Below, piece after piece: positions 27,458-35,513 of a stretch of 64,000 nt of DNA. The stretch lies in IMG/VR virus record IMGVR_UViG_3300032242_001916, positions 1-64,000 of that record; one strand, given 5' to 3'. Source of the DNA: a virus. The notes beneath the pieces were generated by a model. That model searched no databases and was not told the origin of the DNA. It was given only the letters and a program-made list of their open reading frames with translations. How positions within the stretch are numbered: position 1 is the stretch's first letter; each line of letters opens with the position of its first letter. Made by a program: the position numbers and the translations under genes.

Positions 27458-27642
27458 CAGTTTTCCTCTCCTGGTTGTCTAAACTGAGATAAGTCCATGC
27501 CCATTTCAAGGGCTAACTTATCACCAATTGGGTTTTCACTCGGTGGCACTTCTATAATGCGTCCGCCATACTTCCATGCAATAGTCATAAGAAAACAGCA
27601 AAGCACAAATAAAAACACCTCAATTACATCAGTCTTCGTCAT
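27457..27642 (-). CDS. small membrane protein
   Basis: one hydrophobic segment. Confidence 0.6.
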   Translation of the reverse strand: MTKTDVIEVFLFVLCCFLMTIAWKYGGRIIEVPPSENPIGDKLALEMGMDLSQFRQPGEEN

Positions 27643-27934
27643 CTAACTCTCCGTTCTTCTTGCGATTATGTGGTCGCGGTGGTACTGCAACCACGGGTTG
27701 AGCAAACCTAGCACGACGTTCTTCAGTCGTGCGAAGTTCTTTACCATTACGCTCATTAATACAAGCAAAACATACGCAATCTTGCGCATCCTGTATTTTA
27801 AGCACCATCATCTTACTGTCAGATACGATAGGGTCTAGAAGTTTTCTATTCCCTACCATATGCTTGACGTAAGTATGGCCTTTCATCCTGTACCATATTT
27901 CGTATTTATGGTTACTAACCATGATCTTACTCAT
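27629..27934 (-). CDS. hypothetical protein
   Basis: AAGGAG RBS. Confidence 0.65.
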   Translation of the reverse strand: MSKIMVSNHKYEIWYRMKGHTYVKHMVGNRKLLDPIVSDSKMMVLKIQDAQDCVCFACINERNGKELRTTEERRARFAQPVVAVPPRPHNRKKNGELDDED

Positions 27935-27943
27935 ATGCTCTCC

Positions 27944-28150
27944 TTAACTTCTTCCTGATGACTTACCGCCACGTAATGCGGGGTCGGACTTATGTACAAG
28001 GGTAAAACCTTGCTTTGGGACTAGCATGATACGGTAATCAGCCGCCCAATCTCTGTCGTGCTGAGCAATACAACCCTCGGACATACAATAGTTCTTGCCG
28101 AGTTCTACACGCTCAGGAGCGACTGGTTGGTTGCAATAGAGACAATTCAT
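27944..28150 (-). CDS. small Zn-finger protein (DksA/TraR C4-like N-terminus)
   Basis: CLYCNQPVAPER.ELG..YC...C. Confidence 0.6.
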   Translation of the reverse strand: MNCLYCNQPVAPERVELGKNYCMSEGCIAQHDRDWAADYRIMLVPKQGFTLVHKSDPALRGGKSSGRS

Positions 28151-28388
28151 GTTCTCTTATCCTCATTCCTGCTTCAACTAATAGGTCAGCACTGTCAAAC
28201 AATAGCGCTTGGCACACGGAGCTGATTATCTCAGAAGATGGTTCTTTGACACCCCGCTCTATTTCTGATAAATAGCCAAGAGCAATGCCAGCATTCTGAG
28301 CGACTTCTCGCATAGACAACTTGCTTTGTTCCCGCTGTTCTCTCAGAATTTGACCAACAGCATCCCTAATTAATAGGTTATTCTTCAT
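28113..28388 (-). CDS. ClgR-like XRE HTH transcriptional regulator
   Basis: LIRDAVGQILR..R......REVA..AGIALGYLSEIERG.KEPSSE....VC.AL matches actinobacterial ClgR. Confidence 0.8.
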   Translation of the reverse strand: MKNNLLIRDAVGQILREQREQSKLSMREVAQNAGIALGYLSEIERGVKEPSSEIISSVCQALLFDSADLLVEAGMRIREHELSLLQPTSRS

Positions 28389-28470
28389 GTTTCTCTCTTT
28401 TCTAGGTTTCAACGGGAAACCCGCAAAACCCACATCTACGCACATAGATATGGGCAATGCGCACTACCTG

Positions 28471-28764
28471 TTAAAGTAATTCGAACTTGTCAACAGTAGG
28501 CTTTGGGCCATTTTCAGTTGACCATAGTGCGTGATGACTAGCAAGTATTTCTAATGCTCTGTCGTATGAATGGCACTCAAAGGTGTATGAAGTGCCGTTC
28601 ACTGTCAAAACTAGTGAATTGAACCGCTCATTGCGCTTGTACGCAATAAGGTCGGTTAGTTCCCTAATCTGACGGTGAAGTCTTCCACGATCACGGTCTG
28701 ACGCACTAAGCATGAATCCAAGTGCTGCACACATGCTCATTAGTAGTAATACGAATAGCCACAT
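28471..28764 (-). CDS. membrane-anchored hypothetical protein
   Basis: GAGGAG RBS, N-terminal TM segment. Confidence 0.65.
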   Translation of the reverse strand: MWLFVLLLMSMCAALGFMLSASDRDRGRLHRQIRELTDLIAYKRNERFNSLVLTVNGTSYTFECHSYDRALEILASHHALWSTENGPKPTVDKFELL

Positions 28765-28843
28765 GGCTATCTCCTCTCGTTTAAGTGAGTTTGAGTAAAC
28801 TCCTCGGGGATACATTCACGCTAGTAGATGTATCCCCTGGGTG

Positions 28844-29125
28844 CTACTCAATAACACCTATCTTTTCTTTCATTTGCTCCTTATGTAACGCTAGGACTTG
28901 TCGAAGTTCAACGAGTTTGTCCCAGCAAGGACGACAACGCCAACCGTTCTCGATTCCTGCTTTGGACGCTAGTGAGTCTTCATATAGCTCTACTTGCGTA
29001 GCACGACATCGAGTGCAGTTACCCTGTCTTGAATCACCAAATACCACAGGGTTATCCTTTCTATGGTGTCTAATGACTTCCCACCGAAATTTTCGGGGGA
29101 AACTTACGGGTGCACAAAGGCACAC
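28844..29125 (-). CDS. Zn-binding hypothetical protein (start uncertain)
   Basis: CTRC..CRPC. Confidence 0.5.
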   Translation of the reverse strand: MCLCAPVSFPRKFRWEVIRHHRKDNPVVFGDSRQGNCTRCRATQVELYEDSLASKAGIENGWRCRPCWDKLVELRQVLALHKEQMKEKIGVIE

Positions 29126-29152
29126 CCCTAGTGTGGGTAGAAAAAAAGAAAT

Positions 29153-29194
29153 AAAAAAAAAGGGCTACCACCCTAATGGATGATAGCCCTTTTT
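29153..29194 (-). terminator. intrinsic terminator
   Basis: AAAAGGGCTA/TAGCCCTTTT with long T-run. Confidence 0.8.
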
Positions 29195-29196
29195 GG

Positions 29197-29379
29197 TTAG
29201 GCGTGGCAGTCGCACTCGCAAGGACCACACACGTGCTCACCTGCGGTGTGGCACTTATCACCACAGGCTAAAGCAACGTGCCCAGTCTTGCAAGGGCAAT
29301 TGTCCACTGCTCTCATTAGTTGGATCTTGAGACCCTCACCAATGACAGCACCTAATGTGTATGTCAATGTCTTTGACAT
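29197..29379 (-). CDS. Cys/His-rich microprotein
   Basis: GAGGAG RBS; CPC..H..C...CH...C..CECDCH. Confidence 0.65.
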   Translation of the reverse strand: MSKTLTYTLGAVIGEGLKIQLMRAVDNCPCKTGHVALACGDKCHTAGEHVCGPCECDCHA

Positions 29380-29406
29380 GGTTTCTCCTCTCTGCAGAGA
29401 AAACTA

Positions 29407-29456
29407 AAAAAAGGCGGGGGAACTAAAAGGCTGTACAACCTAATAGTTCCCCACAC
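29407..29456 (-). terminator. intrinsic terminator
   Basis: GGGGAACUA...UAGUUCCCC + U6. Confidence 0.7.
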
Positions 29457-29590
29457 CCTGATAGAGAGATACCGTAGACCTATGCCAACGATAGCCGAGT
29501 GTATTCTCCCCTATCCACACCAGTGCACTGGCTGGGAGTTTCCCTGTGGACAGATAAAGGGGATTGGAGTATCACTATCATTCTCCCACA

Positions 29591-29644
29591 TCGTGCCCCC
29601 CTGTGGAATTGAACCACAGTAGTGAAGCCTTACACTTTAGGGGC
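29591..29644 (-). ncRNA. anticodon-less tRNA-like element
   Basis: GCCCCUAAAGUGUAAGGCUUCACUACUGUGGUUCAAUUCCACAGGGGGGCACGA: acceptor, D-like and T arms only. Confidence 0.65.
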
Positions 29645-29778
29645 TTGTTGGGAACTACCTGATAACAGATAGCCCCCACACTGTATAGCCTGGTTGCACT
29701 CTCAATGACCATAGTCATAGAGAAGCAGTAGCCCAGCCTTTCTTCTGTGACGAGCGAGGGGTGTCCCACACTAATCAC

Positions 29779-29819
29779 AAAAAAAAGGCTGGAACACCGA
29801 AATGTCCCAGCCTTTTTCT
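29779..29819 (-). terminator. intrinsic terminator
   Basis: AAAAAGGCTGG...CCAGCCTTTTT. Confidence 0.85.
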
Positions 29820-29831
29820 CTCCCTTGCGGG

Positions 29832-30419
29832 TTACGACTTGATAGCCGCTAGGATTGCATCTGCAATCTTTTGCGCACGAGCCTTGTCAGACTCGGTGTG
29901 AACGCCACGAGTGACGAACTCAAGTTCTGCTTCCATACGAAGCAACGCAGATGTTGAAGTCTGCTTGAGTGATGCTCGAATGTCGGCATTTTCCTGAGTC
30001 TTAGCCTTTTTATCGGCTAAGTCACGAACCAATGCGTCATAACCCGCACTGACCTTTTGCTTGAAGGCTAGTGGGCCGGCAGCACCTACTAGGAATGCAG
30101 ACGCGAAGTCTACACATTCCTGAGCGGTAGCGTCATCTTCCAACTGATTGAACGCCCAAGCAGACCACATAAGAAGGGTGGCGCTACGAGCGACTGACTT
30201 CTTACCCATAACGGCAAGGCGGTCAGACAGTCTTCCAGTAACCTGAGTAATCCACTGTTCACCCTGACCAGCAATAACGCTAGCAATACGAGGTACAGCA
30301 ACGACAATACCAAGACCGAGGACCTCAATAATGAGTTCCGCAGTTACTAGGTCTGCGTTAGTAGCGGTAGGGTTCACAACAGGTGCTGCTCCCTCTGTCT
30401 TTAAAGATGTGTTAGCCAC
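29832..30419 (-). CDS. first gene of the leftward block, helical hypothetical protein
   Basis: AAGGAG RBS before GTG 30419. Confidence 0.75.
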   Translation of the reverse strand: MANTSLKTEGAAPVVNPTATNADLVTAELIIEVLGLGIVVAVPRIASVIAGQGEQWITQVTGRLSDRLAVMGKKSVARSATLLMWSAWAFNQLEDDATAQECVDFASAFLVGAAGPLAFKQKVSAGYDALVRDLADKKAKTQENADIRASLKQTSTSALLRMEAELEFVTRGVHTESDKARAQKIADAILAAIKS

Positions 30420-30464
30420 GGCTAAACTCCTTTGTGACAACTACGCGCACAGTGTGTGAGCGTA

Positions 30465-30499
30465 TGGTGATACGGACTGGACTTGAACCAGCCCGTACC
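30465..30499 (-). ncRNA. tRNA minihelix with encoded ACCA end
   Basis: GGUACGG GCUGG UUCAAGU CCAGU CCGUAUC A CCA. Confidence 0.75.
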
Positions 30500-30841
30500 G
30501 AGAGAGAGGTTATTGTGTGTTCTGGTGTAATGTAGAGACGGAACAGTTGTTCGGTCATACCCCCTGCCCAGTTATTTTTGGACAGCAAAAAGGGCAGACT
30601 ATTCCTAGCCTACCCAGAACAAGTTTTTCAACTTCGTAGTTGATAATAATTATTTATTACCCCCCCACCGTTAAATAACAATTTTTTATCATATTGGCCA
30701 GGTGAGACAAGTTACCAGGACCTTTTGGGCTGTACAGTGGCCCAATCTATGATCATAGAATGCACGGAGCACATTTTGCGGGTAGCTCAAATTTTTCAGG
30801 GTTTAGGCGTTTTTAGGCAGTGGCTACTTTAAGATAGGTGT

Positions 30842-31084
30842 ATGAATCCTGAAAACCCACAGTTTCGGAAACCAACTGAAGCAGAAACCATCGCAAAGAT
30901 GTATTTGGATGTAAATGGTGGGAATTGCCCTGAAGGACATGATCCACATGACTTATCTAAGCAACCTGAGGGCGGTTGTAATAAGTGTGTTGGTATGAAC
31001 CAACTTCACCATCTTGCGGGTAACCATAGCGATTCTGTGTATTTAGATACATGTCCAGAGTGCAGAAAAGAGTTGTACAAGTAA
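30842..31084 (+). CDS. MNPENPQF-leader protein with HxxGxH...CxxC
   Basis: HLAGNH..CPEC. Confidence 0.7.
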   Translation: MNPENPQFRKPTEAETIAKMYLDVNGGNCPEGHDPHDLSKQPEGGCNKCVGMNQLHHLAGNHSDSVYLDTCPECRKELYK

Positions 31085-31299
31085 TGTCAAAGATACTAGA
31101 TAAAGGCAATGGCGGGTTTCGGCCATTCAAGCGTTCAGATAAAGAAGCCGTAGAAGGCAGCATGGCGGATGGCTCTCATCCTTCATGTAAGAACTGCTCC
31201 CCATGCCCGGATTGCAAGGGGCAGTCCAACTACAGGACAGATCCGTGTGAGACGTGTAACAGCACTCATTTCATACCTAATAGAGACTTCTACGGATAA
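31084..31299 (+). CDS. small Zn-ribbon protein
   Basis: CKNC, CPDC, CETC. Confidence 0.6.
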   Translation: MSKILDKGNGGFRPFKRSDKEAVEGSMADGSHPSCKNCSPCPDCKGQSNYRTDPCETCNSTHFIPNRDFYG

Positions 31300-31356
31300 T
31301 CCCTGGTGTGACTCTACAATACCCAGCCGCGATGGCGTTAAGGTTGTAAAAAAGAT

Positions 31357-31743
31357 ATGAACCCTGAAAATCCTCAATTTGATGAAGTGTCTGCTCGCAG
31401 AGTAAAAAAAGAGCATGACAACGGTGAGCATGAGTTTCATGGCCCCGCATTCCTAAATGCCCCCAAAGAGCATCAGGACGCTATGATGGCTAAAATTAAC
31501 AGCTGCCCACACTGCAAGGCAGAGAATGAGGAAAACGCCTCAGAGGGCTCTACAGAGGCTCCTATGGCCACTGTGACTAAATTACCCACTCCATCCTTTG
31601 GTAAACAACTATTTAACACTGTTAAAGGGTTAAACCTTGCAGTTATGCACGGCATAGGTGATCACGAGTACAAAGATGGTAAAAACAGAGAAGCAGGGTT
31701 TAATAAAGATTGTCCCGTTTGTAACGGAACATTTTGGGAATAG
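31357..31743 (+). CDS. MNPENPQF-leader protein with two HxxGxH...CxxC modules
   Basis: HDNGEH..CPHC, HGIGDH..CPVC. Confidence 0.75.
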   Translation: MNPENPQFDEVSARRVKKEHDNGEHEFHGPAFLNAPKEHQDAMMAKINSCPHCKAENEENASEGSTEAPMATVTKLPTPSFGKQLFNTVKGLNLAVMHGIGDHEYKDGKNREAGFNKDCPVCNGTFWE

Positions 31744-31808
31744 TTTAAACAGTCCGTTGACTAGTTTTTAGTAATAATAAAGTAAGTCCAATTAGATAAG
31801 GAAAAGTA

Positions 31809-32117
31809 ATGGCGGCACAAAACCCATTCAGTTTTGATGAAGATGATGATTTTAACAGCTTCACTCCTAGCAGTTCTCCGGAAGATAGAGGCGAGCATAA
31901 AGGTCGTAAAGTTCGCGCACGTGTAGCAGACTTTGTTGGGGGTGGCAGCGCCTACTCAGGTGACAAGCCAGCTAAAGAACCAAAGCCAGCTAAAGCGCCT
32001 CTGCGTGACCGTATTGCAGGTAAGATTGCGTCTAAGCCCAAAGATTCAGGCGAGGCTGCTAAACCGCCTCATGATCATGACTTTGACTGCGCTAACAACC
32101 CCTTCTGCGATAAGTAA
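31809..32117 (+). CDS. hypothetical protein
   Basis: AAGGA RBS. Confidence 0.7.
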   Translation: MAAQNPFSFDEDDDFNSFTPSSSPEDRGEHKGRKVRARVADFVGGGSAYSGDKPAKEPKPAKAPLRDRIAGKIASKPKDSGEAAKPPHDHDFDCANNPFCDK

Positions 32118-32128
32118 GGATTTAAATA

Positions 32129-32500
32129 ATGGCTAACATGAGAACAAAAGCAAGAGTTATAAAGAGCAAGGTAAAAAAGGCTGTAAAAGGTTTAGAGCCT
32201 ATTAATACACTTAGTACAGATGATTCAGGCAATACTAAATCTTCATGGACTCTTCGTAAGAATATTCCAAATGATGACCAACCAGGTACAGGTCCAGGTA
32301 AAAGAGGCGTAACTAACTGGGAAACTCATATGAATGAAAAGCAATATGACCCTAATAGTTCGTTTGGCGGTAAGCAACCCAAATCAGAGGGTCGCCGTGT
32401 TGCCCCCGAGAGCAATCTTTCAAGGCACGATGCTAATATGGCTAACGCAGCTCGAAGTCGTAGTGACCATTTTAATGTTGGTCAGTCAGAAGGTAAGTAA
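32129..32500 (+). CDS. basic hypothetical protein
   Basis: AAGGA RBS. Confidence 0.7.
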   Translation: MANMRTKARVIKSKVKKAVKGLEPINTLSTDDSGNTKSSWTLRKNIPNDDQPGTGPGKRGVTNWETHMNEKQYDPNSSFGGKQPKSEGRRVAPESNLSRHDANMANAARSRSDHFNVGQSEGK

Positions 32501-32502
32501 CC

Positions 32503-33300
32503 ATGGCAAAAAAAGCAAATAAATTTGTACCTAAGTATGTACCGTACGAATTGCAGCTAGAAAAGCATCCTGAAAAAGTAGATAGCTCTGGACTTACAAA
32601 TAAAAATATAGCTCCTCGCCTTTCTGGAGAAGCTAGAGACTTTGACCCTACACAGGGCTCTAATGATGTAAACAACGCAGTAGATGAAAAAGGTAACGCT
32701 GTTCCTGATATCCTTAAAAAAGGTCTTGCTCGTGGTTTAGAGGTTAGGGCTAGTAAAAAAGCTGCTGCCGCGGCAGCAGCTGAAAAAGAAGGTGTTCCAG
32801 TTACTGAAGAAGAAGGAAAAATAGCTGCAGAAGCTTTTGCTCCTAAAGATAGCCCCAAAGTAATTGACAAGATGGTAACAAGGCGTAAAAGTGAAAAGCC
32901 TCGTCCATTTGTTGGTTCTAAAGACAAAGAAGACTTTGTCACTCGTTCAAGAGACCTAAACCCAGACGCTTCTGAGGGAGGTCGCGTAGTTAATACTGCG
33001 TACGAACAGGGAGATATTGACGCTAGCGCTGCTACTACAGCTTTTGTAGACTACCCGGATACATTTGAAGAACTTCGCCGCTCAGCAACTAACCCAGGCG
33101 CTGGTCGTACTATTGGAGATATTCAAGAAGATTATAAAACACATGGAGATACCTTTGAAACTTCAGGTGCTGACGTAGCCAAAGCGCGTCATATGAATCC
33201 TCGCGCTGGTAATCCAACTGATGTTCCAAACCGTGCAAATGCTAGCAATCGCACAATTAGCATTGCTACTCCAAACAACCCTACAGAATCGACAATGTAA
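32503..33300 (+). CDS. hypothetical, largely disordered protein
   Basis: 265-aa ORF. Confidence 0.7.
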   Translation: MAKKANKFVPKYVPYELQLEKHPEKVDSSGLTNKNIAPRLSGEARDFDPTQGSNDVNNAVDEKGNAVPDILKKGLARGLEVRASKKAAAAAAAEKEGVPVTEEEGKIAAEAFAPKDSPKVIDKMVTRRKSEKPRPFVGSKDKEDFVTRSRDLNPDASEGGRVVNTAYEQGDIDASAATTAFVDYPDTFEELRRSATNPGAGRTIGDIQEDYKTHGDTFETSGADVAKARHMNPRAGNPTDVPNRANASNRTISIATPNNPTESTM

Positions 33301-33578
33301 TGGAACTTAATAGAGTAACTGCATTAACCACTATCATAATCGGTATATGTATTTTTGCTGCAGCTGCTTGGGGTATACACCTAATAAGAAGCGAAGAAAA
33401 AAAAGAAAAAGAAGAATTAGCACGTATTGCAGCAAAACCGCCTGTTAAGACGGCAGTAGCTAAAAAAGCAGTGCCAGTAGCTAAAAAAGCAGTTAAGAAA
33501 GCTCCAGTTAAGAAATCAGCGGTTAAAGTTGCTGAAAAGAAAGCTGCTGCTAAGCGTAGTCCTAAAAAAGAAAAATAA
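33300..33578 (+). CDS. membrane-anchored protein with histone H1-like AKK repeats
   Basis: TM helix then VAKKA repeats. Confidence 0.7.
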   Translation: MELNRVTALTTIIIGICIFAAAAWGIHLIRSEEKKEKEELARIAAKPPVKTAVAKKAVPVAKKAVKKAPVKKSAVKVAEKKAAAKRSPKKEK

Positions 33579-33846
33579 ATAAATTATGAATTTCTTAAAA
33601 CAAATGGGTCTTAAGAATACAATTAATGATTTAAAACCTAACGACTGGCATTCAGACGATAGAACCTCTTTACTAACTGCAAACCCTGAGCACGATAGTA
33701 TGAGCCGTTCAAGCCATTTTACAGATGGCATGAATAAATCTCGTAGCTAAAGTATACTTATAGAATTCCCTGGGCTTAGTCATTAGGGATCCGAGCAAGC
33801 GCGAAGACGTTGCCCAAAGCGCCCTCCCAAACTTTATAGGAAGATC

Positions 33847-34308
33847 ATGCCAAAGCCAGGGGATTATGGGTGCGTAAGCACTAATGGGCGTATAGGCAGG
33901 ATAATTCGCCTATTTTTAAGAAGTAAAGTTAACCACGTCTTTATTTACATAGGTGGGGGCAAAATCATAGAAGCTAGGCCTTCTGGCGCAGCTGTATCCG
34001 ATATTCACTACTCAAGCATAACTTGGAGTACTGAAAAACTTACCCAACGCCAAAGAACTAAGATATCTGTTTCTGCAGCCCTTCTTGTAGGCACTCCGTA
34101 CGGCTTTTTAGATATTTTCTTTTTGTGGTTAAAAACTTTGGGAGTTACCCTACCTTATGTATCCAACTGGGTACTAAGAGATGATAGGATGATTTGTTCC
34201 CAACTAGTGGCACACTGCTATGCAAAAGCAGGTATAACACTAGTTGACAAGCCAGAGAATGAAGTAACCCCTAAGGATCTATACGAAAGGGCAAGAGATG
34301 CCATTTAA
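33847..34308 (+). CDS. permuted NlpC/P60 (YiiX/YebB-like) papain-fold enzyme
   Basis: NHVFIYIG..IIEA...G.PY...ICSQLVA. Confidence 0.85.
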   Translation: MPKPGDYGCVSTNGRIGRIIRLFLRSKVNHVFIYIGGGKIIEARPSGAAVSDIHYSSITWSTEKLTQRQRTKISVSAALLVGTPYGFLDIFFLWLKTLGVTLPYVSNWVLRDDRMICSQLVAHCYAKAGITLVDKPENEVTPKDLYERARDAI

Positions 34309-34429
34309 GTCACAAGCACAGCGTAAGTGGATGTATGCCCATGATCCTAAGATGGCAAGGCAGTGGCAAGAACATACACCAAAAGATGCAAAATTACCGG
34401 AAAAGGTAAAGAAAACAAAGAAAAAATGA
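34298..34429 (+). CDS. 43-aa basic protein (MPFKSQAQRKWMYA...)
   Basis: read directly from the sequence; below the ORF-track cutoff. Confidence 0.6.
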   Translation: MPFKSQAQRKWMYAHDPKMARQWQEHTPKDAKLPEKVKKTKKK

Positions 34430-34519
34430 GCATATTAATAATGTGGGCACTTTTGTGCCTTTGGGCTTTTATGTCCTATCGCGGCAAATAATAGCCAAAT
34501 TTGTGTTACCCTAGAGGTA

Positions 34520-35005
34520 ATGCAATTCAAGATCAAAGCATTGGTCCCCGCTGCTGCGCTTCTTGCAGGTTTAATACTTGCACCGCTACCAGCAGCCCAG
34601 GCCCAATCTGAGAACGCGATACAAGCAGGGATACCCGCCAAAAATAGTAGATGCATTAATCATGCGTCTCGTTCTTCCGCAAGAGTGCCATTTGCATCTC
34701 CCGCTTTTAACAAGCGGTATGCATCTTGCCGAATGCAGGAGAAATATAAATGGGGATCAAAAGAGTACGGTTGTTTAGTAACCATGTGGAGCCGCGAAAG
34801 CGGTTGGCGTGTGGATGCTCACAATCGCTCTTCAGGTGCCCATGGTATACCCCAATCCCTTCCCGGGAACAAAATGGCAAGTGCCGGACCTAACTGGTAT
34901 ACAAACCCGTTTACGCAAGTAGACTGGGGATTAAAGTATATTAAGAGTCGGTATGGCACTCCATGTAACGCCTGGGGATTTTGGCAAAGTCACCATTGGT
35001 ACTAA
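34520..35005 (+). CDS. secreted lytic transglycosylase (SLT/Rpf-like)
   Basis: signal peptide; RESGW...A.N.SSGAHGIPQ..PG.KM; YIK.RYG.PC.AW. Confidence 0.9.
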   Translation: MQFKIKALVPAAALLAGLILAPLPAAQAQSENAIQAGIPAKNSRCINHASRSSARVPFASPAFNKRYASCRMQEKYKWGSKEYGCLVTMWSRESGWRVDAHNRSSGAHGIPQSLPGNKMASAGPNWYTNPFTQVDWGLKYIKSRYGTPCNAWGFWQSHHWY

Positions 35006-35091
35006 TATAAAGCACAGGGTCTGGACAACTCTCCAGACCCTGTGTTACTATCTAGTGTTGTTACGTAACAACCAATACAATAAGGAATAAC

Positions 35092-35505
35092 ATGAAAAAG
35101 ATTATTATAGTTGCTGCAGCTGCTATTTTACTAGGGATTGGTCTAGCATCTTGTGGCTCTTCCAACACAAACAATGATGCGACAAGTGTTTCTACTCCAG
35201 CACCTATTGATACCTATGTACCGCCTACACCTAAAGAGCAATTTTTATCTGATATTAATTCACTCAACGATCCAATAATTGCTCAGACCGCAGACTCTGA
35301 ACTTTGGTCTCTTGCAACTAGCACTTGTGATGCTTTAAACCAGGGCAATTCGGTAACTGATTTGATTACATATTTAGCTAACAGTGGGGCTATGACTAAC
35401 GATAACGCAACTTCAATTGGGGAAATAATTGGAGCTGCGGTTAAAGACGTATGCCCATCCCATATGCAGGAAGTTCAAGACTACATTAATGCAAACGCTA
35501 GTTAG
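35092..35505 (+). CDS. DUF732-like lipoprotein
   Basis: lipobox LASC; TCDAL..G; AAV...CP. Confidence 0.75.
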   Translation: MKKIIIVAAAAILLGIGLASCGSSNTNNDATSVSTPAPIDTYVPPTPKEQFLSDINSLNDPIIAQTADSELWSLATSTCDALNQGNSVTDLITYLANSGAMTNDNATSIGEIIGAAVKDVCPSHMQEVQDYINANAS

Positions 35506-35513
35506 GTAAGAAT

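Noticed and set aside
29591-30499. tmRNA or Y RNA/Ro60 system
   Set aside because: No G3-U70 alanine acceptor enclosing a tag ORF; the VWA protein is CobT-like rather than TROVE
33770-33830. Riboswitch upstream of the NlpC/P60 gene
   Set aside because: Some pairing potential, but no recognisable aptamer consensus
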